DNA from: an uncultured Bacteroidales bacterium | GTDB taxonomy: Bacteria > Bacteroidota > Bacteroidia > Bacteroidales > VadinHA17 | Assembly: GCA_963698535.1 (NCBI GenBank) | Contig: CAVORD010000003.1 | Coordinates: 627-64,626 of the forward strand | Reading direction: 5' to 3' | Length of the DNA: 64,000 bases | Shown: positions 1 to 10,497 of the stretch, in pieces | Layout: the number at the start of each line of letters is the position of its first letter | Numbering within the stretch: the first letter of the stretch is position 1 | The notes under the pieces: model-generated | What the model was told of the DNA's origin: nothing | The model's database searches: none | Seen by the model: the letters and a program-made list of their open reading frames with translations, nothing else | Translations under genes and position numbers: made by a program

Positions 1-2049
1 TTCTGTTGTACCTGTAATCGTGGCACCTGTTCCAGTGTAGGCCCAGGTATAGCTTGTTGCATTGGCTATTACCGGAACGCTGTAAGCTACAGCCGTTTGT
101 CCCTGACACACTGTAGGAGTTCCTGCAATGGCTCCTGCAGCTCCCGGAAGAGGATTAACAGTAATTGCATAATTGGCACTTACCACTCCGTTACCGCATG
201 CGTTAACACCCTGAACAGTTAGGTTACCGGATGTAGCATTTACAGCAAAGTCAATGGTAACAGCATTTGTTGTACCGGTTATTGTCGCTCCTGTTCCCGT
301 ATAACTCCAGCTATAGGTTAAGGCATTTGTTATTGCCGGTACATTAAATGCAACACCAGACTGACCCTGACAGACAGTAGGCGTTCCTGAAATTGCACCA
401 GCTGAGCCAGGCAATGGATTAACAATAATGGCAAATACCGGACTTGCTGTTCCGTTTCCGCATGCATTTACACCCTGAACAGTAAGGTTACCGGATGTAG
501 CATTAGCTGCAAAGTCAATTGTAATAGCATTTGTTGTTCCGGAAATTGTCGCTCCTGTTCCCGTATAAACCCAATTGTAACTTGTCGCATTGGCGATAGC
601 AACAACGCTGTATGCGACACTGGTCTGGCCCTGACATACAGGAGTAGGTCCTGATATTGATCCGGATGCTCCCGGCAGAGGATTGACAGTAATAGGATAG
701 TTTGCACTTATGACACCGTTTCCGCACGCATTGGTTCCTCTGACTGTAAGGTTTCCAGCTGTTGCATTTGCAGCGAAATCAATAGTTATATTCTCTGTTG
801 TGCCTGTTATTGTCGCACCTGTTCCGGAATATGCCCATGTATAACTTGTTGCATTGGCAATGGCTGGAACGCTGTACGCAACAGCACTCTGTCCCTGGCA
901 CACGGTTGGTGTACCGGCGATGGCTCCTGCCGCTCCTGGCAATGGATTCACGGTAATTGCATAACCAGCGCTTACCACACCGTTACCGCATGCGTTTACA
1001 CCCTGAACAGTAAGGTTACCGGATGTAGCATTAGCTGCAAAGTCAATGGTCACAGCATTAGTTGTACCCGTTATGGTTGCACCTGTCCCGCTATAACTCC
1101 AGCTGTAACTTACAGCATTTGTAATAGCAGGCACATTATAGGCTACTGCTGTCTGACCCTGACAAACCGTTGCAGTACCTGCAATGGCACCCGCTGCATC
1201 AGGCAGAGGGTTAATAGTTATTGCGAAGTTAGGACTTGCCACCCCGTTACCGCAAGCATTAACTCCCTGAACGGTAAGATTACCTGAAGTTGCGTTAGCA
1301 GCAAAATTGATTGTTATATTATTGGATGTACCTGAAATTGTGGCTCCGATACCCGAATAGACCCAGTTGTAACTTACCGCATTGGTAATGGGTGCAACGC
1401 TATAAGCCACATTATTTTCACCCTGACAAGCAGGAGCCGGTCCTGAGATAGAACCTGATGCTGATGGCAATGGATTAACAGCAATCGGGAAGTTGGCACT
1501 TATAACACCATTTCCGCATGCATTTACACCGCGAACAGTAAGATTGCCTGCAGTGGCATTGGCAGCAAAATCAATTGTAACATGCTTTGTTGTACCTGTT
1601 ATGGTAGCACCAGTCCCGGAATAGGCCCATGTGTAGCTTGTTGCATTGGCAATGGCCGGAACACTGTACGCTACAGCTGTTTGTCCCTGACATATAGTTG
1701 CAGAACCTGCAATTGCACCCGGTGTACCGGGTAACGGATTGACAGCAATTGCATAATTGGCACTTACAACACCATTTCCACAGGCATTTACACCGCGAAC
1801 AGTAAGATTGCCTGCAGTGGCATTGGCAGCAAAATCGATTGTAACAGCATTTGTTGTACCTGTTATGGTAGCACCTGTTCCGGAATAGGCCCAGGTGTAA
1901 CTTGTTGCATTGGTAATGGCCGGCACGGTATATGCTACACCACTCTGACCCTGACAAACTGTTGCAGTCCCGGCGATAGCCCCGGGTGTACCTGGAAGAG
2001 GATCCACAACAATTGCAAAATTCGGACTTGCGATACCATTCCCACATGG
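1..2049 (-). CDS. Giant adhesin fragment 10 (PKD-like repeats, partial, continues beyond the window)
   Basis: The frame is open to position 1 and encodes about 8 further 88-aa repeats (..NACGNGxxSxxxxIxVNPLPGxxGxIxGxxxVCQGQxxVAYSVPAIxNATSYxWxYSGTGATITGTT..). Confidence 0.7.
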
Positions 2050-2662
2050 CATTTACACCCTGAACTGTAAGATTTCCGGATGTAGCGTTAGCTGCAAAAT
2101 TTATAGTTACGGCGTTTGATGTACCAGAGATCGTTGCTCCTGTACCTGAGTAAACCCAGTTGTAGCTCGTTGCATTAGCTATCGCTGCAACACTGTAGGC
2201 AACATTGTTTTCACCCTGACAAACAGGTGTTGTACCAGAGATAAAACCGGAAGCTACTGGCAATGGATTAACCGTAATGGGATAAACGGCACTGACGACA
2301 CCATTTCCGCATGCATTAACACCATAAACCGTAAGGTTACCGGAAGTTGCGTTTACTGCAAAATCAATCGTAATATTTTCAGTTGTACCGGTTATAACTG
2401 CATTTGTACCTGTATAGGTCCAAACGTAGCTGGTTGCATTTGCAATAGCCGGAACACTGTATGCAACAGCTGTTTGTCCCTGACAAACAGTTGATGTCCC
2501 GGCAATAGCACCTGCAGCAGCCGGTAAAGGGTTAACTGTAATTGGATAATTGGCACTGACAACACCATTACCACAGGCATTAACACCATTAACGGTAAGG
2601 ATACCTGATGTTGCAATGCCCGAGAAATCGATTGTTATATTATTTGTTGTTCCAGTTAAGCG
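2045..2662 (-). CDS. Giant adhesin fragment 9 (PKD-like repeats)
   Basis: By hand translation the frame is open from about 2660 to about 2047 (..TGTTNNITIDFSGIATSGILTVNGVNACGNG...). It is lost at about 2047, where one extra base turns NACGNG into NAMWEW. Confidence 0.65.
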
Positions 2663-3536
2663 TTACTCCTGCTCCTGTGTAAACCCAATTGTAACTTACG
2701 GCATTAGCAATTGCCGGAACGCTGTATGCGACGGAAGAGGTTCCCTGACATAAAGTAGAGGTACCAACTATAGTACCTGCGTTTGCAGGAAGTGGATTCA
2801 CAGTAATTGCAACACTTCTCGGTGCACTTGTTCCGCATGAATTCGTTGCTGTAACATTTAAATTTCCGCTGGTAGCAGTTGTACTGAAATCAACAGTAAC
2901 AGAATTTCCGGATCCTATAATAGTATGACCTGACCCGGTGTATGACCAGTTGTAGGTTACACCAGGATCAAGGGGAACTGTATAAATATTTCCGCTGCTT
3001 CCCTGGCAAACCGGAGTTGGTGATGAGGTGAATGCTCCCGGAGTTGAGGCAACTACGGGGAATGAAATAATTACATCGTCTGAAACAGAACACGCAACGT
3101 TGGTAACGGTCCATCTCAATGTATAGGTCTCACCGAGTACACCTGTAAATACCGTATTGTAAAGTGTGCTGTTAACAAATGTACCACCAGTCCCGCTAAC
3201 TATAGTCCATAGTCCGGTATAAGGTGCCGGATCATTACCGGCAAGGGTTGTCCCTGAAACTCCGCATAATGATTGATCCGGTCCCGCATTTGGAGCAGGA
3301 GGATTTGCATATACATTAACCACAGTACCATCGACTACACCAGTGTTAGCTCCGTTATTATACTTAAAGCCTGTAAGCTTGTAAGCTCCGGCAACTGGGG
3401 TTGGAAGTGTGTAAGGCACCGAAGAAACTGTAACTGGAGGCTGTGCAGCTCCGTTAACTAGTATAGTTAAGGGTATAGTCGAAAGCTTATCGGTCCGAAG
3501 GATGTAAAGTTGACAGGTATGCCAGCGGTACCGCAC
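2640..3536 (-). CDS. Giant adhesin fragment 8 (Ig-like region and first PKD-like repeats)
   Basis: It carries the first CQG...NSCG repeats (TPVCQGSSGNIYTV...TATNSCGTS; TLCQGTSSVAYSVPAIANAVSYNWVYTG). The frame is lost near 2655-2665. Confidence 0.75.
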   Translation of the reverse strand: MRYRWHTCQLYILRTDKLSTIPLTILVNGAAQPPVTVSSVPYTLPTPVAGAYKLTGFKYNNGANTGVVDGTVVNVYANPPAPNAGPDQSLCGVSGTTLAGNDPAPYTGLWTIVSGTGGTFVNSTLYNTVFTGVLGETYTLRWTVTNVACSVSDDVIISFPVVASTPGAFTSSPTPVCQGSSGNIYTVPLDPGVTYNWSYTGSGHTIIGSGNSVTVDFSTTATSGNLNVTATNSCGTSAPRSVAITVNPLPANAGTIVGTSTLCQGTSSVAYSVPAIANAVSYNWVYTGAGVTLNWNNK

Positions 3537-3994
3537 ACGGGACCTGTTGGCGCCAGTGTAGCCCTTGGTATAGTGGTTGTTACACTTGCAATTGTGTAAT
3601 ACTTTGGTGCAAATGCAAGGTTTACGTTATTAACTGTTGCGACATCCCCAACGCTGCTGTTACCGGAAGTAACCGATGCCAGCTCTGTCCAGAAACCTGC
3701 ATTAAATTCAGCAACACGCATGTCGACCAAGCCATTGACAGTCATAAGAGGTGTAAGATCACTTAACGGATCCCAGGCAAGTTTAACTTTTGCAGTAGAA
3801 GCGCCTGTTGTATTGACAGCCCAATACTCCATTGTATTAGATGCCAGCAACGGAAGTGTTAACGAACCTGATGTAGGGTTGGGTGTAAAGTATTCTGCAG
3901 TCCAGAACTGCGTCACCCCTGAAGTTGAAGTGAGAGTAAAATTATGCCCTTTGGCTGTGCCCTTTCCGATAGGGAATAGGAAAGCTTCCCCCAT
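3467..3994 (-). CDS. Giant adhesin fragment 7 (fourth 'FPIG' module)
   Basis: It contains FLFPIGKGTAKGHNFTLTSTSGV...YWAVNTTG...KLAWDP. It is reached from fragment 6 by two shifts, one near 4028-4045 and one in the C5 run at 3989-3993. Confidence 0.7.
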   Translation of the reverse strand: MGEAFLFPIGKGTAKGHNFTLTSTSGVTQFWTAEYFTPNPTSGSLTLPLLASNTMEYWAVNTTGASTAKVKLAWDPLSDLTPLMTVNGLVDMRVAEFNAGFWTELASVTSGNSSVGDVATVNNVNLAFAPKYYTIASVTTTIPRATLAPTGPVCGTAGIPVNFTSFGPISFRLYP

Positions 3995-5170
3995 TTATTA
4001 TTTGCTTTGTAAGTGGTCCGTTGATAAAGGAGGTCGCAGCTACCACCTGCCGGTACTACAACGGTTGGAGATGTACTTAACAGTGTAAGAGTGTTGGCAG
4101 AAGTGGTATTTATTATACCGTTTGTCAACCTTAACTCATTGTTAATCTCAATTGCACCACCAAGACCAATTGTCATTCCGGCGGCGTTATTTATCTCAAG
4201 GTTATTAAATCTGTTAGAACCCGTGAAGTTACCGGTAGGTCCTCCAAGAGTCTGAAGAGCAGTTCCTGAAAATGAAACTGTTGCATTGGCACCCGAACCA
4301 CTGGTGAAAGCTCCGGTATTATACCGCTCCATTGTTCCCAGAATGGTTAACTTTCTGTTATTGACGCTGTTGTCAAGTGTCGGACCATCAATTACCAGTC
4401 TTTTGCATATGGTAAGGTCCTTGTTTGGAAGAACCCTTGTTCCTGTACCTGAAACAACGAGATTAGGAACACTATTATAGAGTGCCGCAATGATCGTATA
4501 ATTACCAGTTCCTCCATACTCAACAGTCCCGTTACCGGAACAATTAACAAATGAAGTATAATTTCCGGCAGGCAGGTTCCCAGCTTCCAGATAGATGGTT
4601 CCATCACCGGATACAGTTCCCAGATTATGTCCTGATGTTGGACTAACAACTCTTAGTTTGTTATTAATTGTTGTAGTGAAGGCATACACACCTCCCACAT
4701 TGGTCGTAACAACATGATCTATAATTACATTAGAACCATTTGGTCCTCCGGGAGGACATGGAGGAGAAGAGCCAACCGGTGTCCATATTGCAAGGTCTGT
4801 CCAGTTACCGTCGCTATTTGAAACGTAAGTAGCTACTTCACCGGGAATTGCCAATTCATTTCCTGCAGTATAATCACCGTTAAGGTTACTGCTTCCCAGG
4901 TAGTTAAATAACGCCTGATGATTTGTTTCATCCACATTATCGGTAGCCGCTCCGGGAGGAGCCTCATACCAGAAGTTACCCGGCAGTTCAAGACGGGCAG
5001 CAACATAGCTGCTTTCCGTACCTGCAACATCTACAGGCATATATTGAAGCAATACTGTACCTACAAATCCGGAAATACCAGAGCTTTCGATCTGCCAGAA
5101 GAATTTAAGGGCATTTAACGGATCAGTAACACTTGGATGAGTTGCATTGATCGGATTAATATTTATATGA
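3913..5170 (-). CDS. Giant adhesin fragment 6
   Basis: The frame of ORF 3913..5052 stays open upstream to about 5170 (INPINATHPSVTDPLNALKFFWQIESSG...). It joins fragment 5 after a shift near 5160-5175. Confidence 0.75.
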
Positions 5171-5449
5171 TCCTACTGTAGAACTGGCGGTTATGTTGAA
5201 TATAGCAGGTGTATACTTTCCTATAACACCTGTCGGGAATGTAAATGCCTGTGGTGTTGCAGTAAAAAATTTCCTTACACCAGTACTGCTTATTACACCA
5301 TCAGATCTGATCATTTTTGTCAATCCGAATGGTGCTCCCTGGATGGCACTGTTCTGACTTAATGTAAGTCGGTATTTATTAATATCCAGAACTCCTAATG
5401 TTAGAACCAGATCGTTCTGCAGAGATAATATCATTATTGGTCTTCGCAC
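5156..5449 (-). CDS. Giant adhesin fragment 5 (start of the third 'FPTG' module)
   Basis: It continues fragment 4 after a shift near 5421-5440 and contains FTFPTGVIGKYTPAIFNITASS. Confidence 0.65.
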   Translation of the reverse strand: MRRPIMILSLQNDLVLTLGVLDINKYRLTLSQNSAIQGAPFGLTKMIRSDGVISSTGVRKFFTATPQAFTFPTGVIGKYTPAIFNITASSTVGSYKY

Positions 5450-6611
5450 CCAACGCGTTGTTTAGCTCCAGTCGACCATAAGCACCTGTGCCTGTTATCT
5501 GCTGAAGAGCAGTACCTGACAGTGAGATACCTCCGGTTGTATTGTCATCAGAATATGATCCGTTATTGACCAGGTTCCCCAGAACAGTAACATTATTGGC
5601 TGCCAGAATAAGGTTACCTGAACCAATTGTCAGGTCCCTGTTAACAGTACTGTTATTGTTTAATGTAAGTGAAGTTACAGGCGATACGGTCAGGTCGTAG
5701 AAATTGGTCAGTGAACTACCTGTTATTGACTGTATCCCTCCATTGAAAGTGGTAAGATTAGTTCCATAATTATATGTACCATCATTATTCAGGTCACCCT
5801 TTAAGGAAACATTTATACCATTTGAATTTAGAATACTTCGATTGTTAGAAAGTGTAAGCGATCCGTTCAGAACCAGAGGACTGACATTCAGTCCCACAGT
5901 AGCATTAGCCGCTGTTGCAGCTGTCCTTCCCGTTATTGTGAGATTGTATAATGGTACATTGGCATCAAGAGTATAGCTTTGTGCGCCATTGCTGATATTA
6001 TGAGCGAAATAGATTGTTCCTCCTGTAACCGATGATGTTCCCGGTCTAAGGTAGAGGTCACCAAATGTGGTTCCGCCGCCGCGGACAATTGTAATTGTAC
6101 CTCCGGACATATTAAAAATACTGCCTGCATTAAGGACTTCAAGCTTTGCCTTTGTGACCAAAGTGTTTCGTCCATTTACAGTTACATCACCTCCACTCTG
6201 ACCATACTTCAGAGTTCCATTGGTTGTAGCAGCTGGTCTGCGTATTTGTCCATTAACTACCAGGCTACCGCCACTGACGTCAATCTCAGAGGCACCGCTA
6301 CCGGAATACTCAATATCATTATTGTTATTTGGAGATGCTATTGGACCCACATACATATTACCGTTTACAACCGTAAGCTTACCGTCCAGGAACAGATCAT
6401 TCGTGTTAGAATTGGCATTTGCAACTAGAATATTCCTGTTACCGCTGTTTGCATAATCTATATATAGCCCAGCTGTTGCAGGGATTGTGAATGGTGTTGT
6501 GGTTGAAATTGTAAAATCGGTACCGGGATCGGTACGCATATACCTGAACGTACCATTCAAGAAGGAATAACCAGTTGTTGGTCGGAGTGTTAAGTAACCC
6601 TGCAATATCAA
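5379..6611 (-). CDS. Giant adhesin fragment 4
   Basis: A 410-aa ORF that continues fragment 3 after a shift near 6601-6620 (..TLTLDI / LQGYLTLRPTTG..). Confidence 0.75.
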   Translation of the reverse strand: MILQGYLTLRPTTGYSFLNGTFRYMRTDPGTDFTISTTTPFTIPATAGLYIDYANSGNRNILVANANSNTNDLFLDGKLTVVNGNMYVGPIASPNNNNDIEYSGSGASEIDVSGGSLVVNGQIRRPAATTNGTLKYGQSGGDVTVNGRNTLVTKAKLEVLNAGSIFNMSGGTITIVRGGGTTFGDLYLRPGTSSVTGGTIYFAHNISNGAQSYTLDANVPLYNLTITGRTAATAANATVGLNVSPLVLNGSLTLSNNRSILNSNGINVSLKGDLNNDGTYNYGTNLTTFNGGIQSITGSSLTNFYDLTVSPVTSLTLNNNSTVNRDLTIGSGNLILAANNVTVLGNLVNNGSYSDDNTTGGISLSGTALQQITGTGAYGRLELNNALGAKTNNDIISAERSGSNIRSSGY

Positions 6612-9600
6612 GAGTCAATGTCGAATCCTGTGAGGTACCCTTATTTACTGTGACTGTTTGGAATGTGGTTCGTGGGGTACCTATGGTATTTGTTATACTT
6701 GCAGAGTTAGGTCCGAAGAAAGTAACAGGCAAAAGTGTAAAATCAGCCTGAGCCCTGGTACCAACGCCATTCATAAGGCCATTGGCATTGTTTATAAGGC
6801 TACCTCCTATTGATATGTTCTGGCTTGTTGCAGCACTCCATACATCCAAGGCTGAGAATTCACCAACAATAACATTGCCATGAATAACAAAATTCTGGGT
6901 AATTGCTGCATTACCATACCATATAAGGCCACCGCCCTGGATATCAAGATTACCGTTTATGGTAATCGTCTTCGGTACCCTGACAGTAGGAGCTGTTGGA
7001 TAATTGGTATTCCATGTCGGGCAAAACCATGCGTCTGCGCTGGTACCTCTTGTAATAAGGTCACCATAGATAGTAACATCCCTGTTGGCAAAGATTACGT
7101 TGGATCCGCCAATAGGTGTAAGAATCAGGTTACCATAGGTGGCAACTGTCTGAGGTAACCAGTAAGTACCTCCGGCTGCAGGGTTCGTGGTATACAGTTC
7201 GGTAGTTCCTCTGTTTACGTTAAAATCGGAGAAATCTCCACCGGGGAATATAAAAGTTGCACCGGAATTGAAATTGGTTGTAACCCTGAAATTACCATTA
7301 CCGGTTGGGTGCGAAATAACACTGTTGAAAACTGAACTGGGATTGTATCCAACGTCCAGTGCAGATCCTGTTTCTATCTGAAGTGTCGCACAGCTGACGC
7401 TTCCGGTATTGGCAACTGTCGGATTGGTTGCCAGATAGACACTATCCTGTCCTCCGATAATAACAATATCTCTGGCTCCGGGAACCAGAGCAGGAGGATT
7501 ATCTATTGTATGTCCCGTCAACGACCATGTGGCTACATTGCTCCAGAGACCACTCTGACGACTGTAATATATCTGAGGCGCTCCAAATGAAGCATCACCA
7601 GCTGTATAGTCAGCATCGAGGAAGTCAGCACTTACTGTGGGCGCTGCCCAGTCAGTAATCAGATTGGCGGCAATATCGATCGGTGGATTAGCGTTGGTTC
7701 CGCTTCTCCATGTAAAATCACTGCTTGTGTACAATGATGGTACATAGTTGGCCTCAACGCCAACTACATCACTCTGATCATATGTAAATGAATGTATTAC
7801 AGTACCAGGAGCTATTCCCGAAAATCCTGAAGATCTGACTTTCCAGAAATATGTCAGACTTTGCCCGGTAACCGTGGCATTAGGATGCTCGTAGCCAACA
7901 GGTACAACTGTCACCGTCCCGTAAGCACCGGGTGCTACACTGAATCCTATTGAGGCAGGGGTATATTTTACCGGTTGGACAGGGGTAATCGTGGGTGCAC
8001 CAACAGGGAAGGTGAAGGTAGCTGTAGAATTGTATACCTTTGATACACCACCATCTCCTGCGTTACCTGATGATTGGATATAACGGTTGGCCCCTCCGTT
8101 TACAATTGTTGCAGAAGAACCAAGAGTTAAATTATATGTCCCAATATCAAAAAGTTTGTCCTGCGAAAATGTCAGGGCTCCGTTAACTCTCATATTTGAG
8201 ATGAGACTTACGGGTGCGGAGGCTGCATTTGTATTGTTAAGTTCTACATTAGTGAAAATACCATTACCATCAACAGATTGCAGTGCAGTTCCGTTGAGCA
8301 CCAATCTGCCTGCTCCGGTGTGCAATCCTGAATTATATACGTTACCCGCTATATTTACAGTTTTTCCATTGTCATTTAGAGTACCAAGTGCTATCCTGAA
8401 ATCACTTAACACATCTATTGTGTTCTGACTACCCTGAAGGGTAACCGTTACACCTGACGGCTTATCAATGGTCAGTTTGTTAAGTGACAGGGGCGCCGCA
8501 AGATTAACCGTAAACTGTTGCCCGGTCAACCCGTTCAGTATTGTTGTGTTTGTTCCGGTGGTATAGGTTGTTCCGGCGTCGATAAGAATATTTCTGCCAA
8601 CGCTAATATCGAAATTACCTGAAGTCAGAATACCAGAGGAAAGGGAAAGGTCATTAAGTATTACCAGAGGAGTACTCAGCAAGACATCAGAGCTACTGCT
8701 GATCCTTCCAATAGTGAGGTTACCCAGTGAGGCGTTTGTAAAAATCTTATAACTGACAGCATCAGCAAGAACCGATCCTGTAACCGGAATTACTTCCAGT
8801 GTACCGCCGGTGACATTAATATTTGCTGCAGAGGCCTTAATATCAAATGCCTCTTCTTCCCCTGCCCCAACACCCGGCACATCATATACTCTTATAGTAC
8901 CTCCTGATATCGTTACGATATTGGTAGCATTTTCAAGGTTGAAACTTCCAAATCCGCTTGATATACCATTATTTGCCCTTGCTGTATTAAGCGTAGCAAA
9001 TGAAACATCGGCAAGGTCCGCTACCGTAGCATAGGCAGAGGGTGTCCTTTGGAAGCGACCTCTAAGTATCAGAAGACCACCGGTCTGCGTGTATTGTGCT
9101 GATCCGGACGATGAAAGGAATTGCTTGGTATCGACAGTTCCACCGTTTATAATGATCTGACCTGATGCAACATTGGAAGTTATTATACCTCCCGATTCCC
9201 TTGTTGAAAGGAATCCTTCGTCGACCTGCAGTTTACCATATACTATCAGAGAACTGTTACCTCCCTGGGTGATCCCTGCAGCAGCGTCACTGGGTGCTGC
9301 CACTCCGTAGGCAGTGTTCAATTCACGATAATCATCAGCAGTTGAAAGGACAACCACATCAAGTCCGTTGAATACTATTGCACCATTTGCAGGAATAAAG
9401 AAATCTGAGCTTGGAGAGCCTCCTGTGGTGCCTTCTGTCAAAGAAGGTATTATAAGTGAACCCTCAAGAGAAAGGGTTCCGTTCCTAACCCATAATGCCT
9501 TTCGCATGTTACCATTGCTGGCAGCAGTTTCGGCGGTAAGGGTATTAGCTCCGAAGAGTCTGAAGTTGGAATATGCCGATGATAAGACAGTTAGTTTATA

Positions 9601-10497
9601 GGTCTGATCTGTTCCCTTATCAACTATAAGATTGTAGAAATCAGTTGTTCCGTTGGCAGAGATAGTATTATCCGTTGCGCCGAGAAAATATACAGAGGCC
9701 GCCCCGGATGTGGCCCCGGCAACAGTCGGTGGGAATGCATTATAAACAGGGTAAGGCAGATTTGTAAACCTTACAGTACCTGCGTTGGTGAAATTCCCGT
9801 AGATGTTAACAGTATGGAAATATGTGTAATAGTTAATGTAAGGGGCCGCTCCGCCTGCAGTAACAGCACCTATAGCAGGGTTAGTAGGACCATTACCAAC
9901 AGTAATGAAGGCACCGTTATCAACAGTTACATTTCCGTTAATGGTTAAATTAAGTTTGGCTACGGAAACATCGTCATTAATTCTGAAGGTACCGGCTTTA
10001 ACATACAGGTTACCGTTAAGAGTAAGGTTACTGAGCTGTGTGCCGGTAACGGCTGGTGCATTTATCGTAAGATTATTATAGGTGGCCTGAGTTGCCGGAA
10101 GCGTAAAACCGGAAGAGTTAAAATATTCTGTCGTTCCGCCTCCTGCATTTACAAAGGTATTTACTGTGGCCACGGGAAAATTAGTGGAAGCAAGTTGAAG
10201 AGTTCCCTGCCCCGCGAGAGAGGTTAGCACATTGGTAAACTGCTTATCCTCGAGATTCAGGAATCCCCCGTCATCGATTGTAAGATCGAGGCCTGTGGTA
10301 GTTACATCGCTGGCAAGCGTTACCGTTCTGCCGGTAAGAATAACTACCTTGTCATTATTACCCGGGATACTTGTTCCAACCTGTGTTGTTCCGCTGGGGT
10401 CTGTTGTCCATGTATTGGAGGTTCCCCAGTCGCCGGTCTGATATGAATAATAGGTTCCGGGTGCACTTGCCGACCAGTATGTGCTTGTGGTCGTCAT
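6439..10497 (-). CDS. Giant adhesin fragment 3 (1,352 aa; beta-helix-like blocks plus the second 'FPVG' module)
   Basis: This is the longest intact segment. It is N/T/G-rich with periodic LxLxxG / NNxG turns, and it carries FTFPVGAPTITP...YFWKV...DFTWRSGT at about 7695-8025. Confidence 0.85.
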   Translation of the reverse strand: MTTTSTYWSASAPGTYYSYQTGDWGTSNTWTTDPSGTTQVGTSIPGNNDKVVILTGRTVTLASDVTTTGLDLTIDDGGFLNLEDKQFTNVLTSLAGQGTLQLASTNFPVATVNTFVNAGGGTTEYFNSSGFTLPATQATYNNLTINAPAVTGTQLSNLTLNGNLYVKAGTFRINDDVSVAKLNLTINGNVTVDNGAFITVGNGPTNPAIGAVTAGGAAPYINYYTYFHTVNIYGNFTNAGTVRFTNLPYPVYNAFPPTVAGATSGAASVYFLGATDNTISANGTTDFYNLIVDKGTDQTYKLTVLSSAYSNFRLFGANTLTAETAASNGNMRKALWVRNGTLSLEGSLIIPSLTEGTTGGSPSSDFFIPANGAIVFNGLDVVVLSTADDYRELNTAYGVAAPSDAAAGITQGGNSSLIVYGKLQVDEGFLSTRESGGIITSNVASGQIIINGGTVDTKQFLSSSGSAQYTQTGGLLILRGRFQRTPSAYATVADLADVSFATLNTARANNGISSGFGSFNLENATNIVTISGGTIRVYDVPGVGAGEEEAFDIKASAANINVTGGTLEVIPVTGSVLADAVSYKIFTNASLGNLTIGRISSSSDVLLSTPLVILNDLSLSSGILTSGNFDISVGRNILIDAGTTYTTGTNTTILNGLTGQQFTVNLAAPLSLNKLTIDKPSGVTVTLQGSQNTIDVLSDFRIALGTLNDNGKTVNIAGNVYNSGLHTGAGRLVLNGTALQSVDGNGIFTNVELNNTNAASAPVSLISNMRVNGALTFSQDKLFDIGTYNLTLGSSATIVNGGANRYIQSSGNAGDGGVSKVYNSTATFTFPVGAPTITPVQPVKYTPASIGFSVAPGAYGTVTVVPVGYEHPNATVTGQSLTYFWKVRSSGFSGIAPGTVIHSFTYDQSDVVGVEANYVPSLYTSSDFTWRSGTNANPPIDIAANLITDWAAPTVSADFLDADYTAGDASFGAPQIYYSRQSGLWSNVATWSLTGHTIDNPPALVPGARDIVIIGGQDSVYLATNPTVANTGSVSCATLQIETGSALDVGYNPSSVFNSVISHPTGNGNFRVTTNFNSGATFIFPGGDFSDFNVNRGTTELYTTNPAAGGTYWLPQTVATYGNLILTPIGGSNVIFANRDVTIYGDLITRGTSADAWFCPTWNTNYPTAPTVRVPKTITINGNLDIQGGGLIWYGNAAITQNFVIHGNVIVGEFSALDVWSAATSQNISIGGSLINNANGLMNGVGTRAQADFTLLPVTFFGPNSASITNTIGTPRTTFQTVTVNKGTSQDSTLTLDIAGLLNTPTNNWLFLLEWYVQVYAYRSRYRFYNFNHNTIHNPCNSWAIYRLCKQR

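Larger units (their letters stand above)
1..3040 (-). repeat. Tandem 264-bp coding repeat, at least 11.5 copies (88-aa Cys-pair PKD/Ig-like module)
   Basis: The marker 'ccRcaNgcatt(t/a)acacc' recurs at 193, 458, 722, 985, 1249, 1514, 1778, 2041, 2306, 2571 and 2833. The spacing is 263-265 nt. Confidence 0.9.

Noticed and set aside
1-3040. Possible non-coding satellite or CRISPR-like tandem array
   Set aside because: The 264-nt period is a multiple of three. It maintains an open frame and encodes a conserved 88-aa Cys-pair module, so it is a coding repeat.
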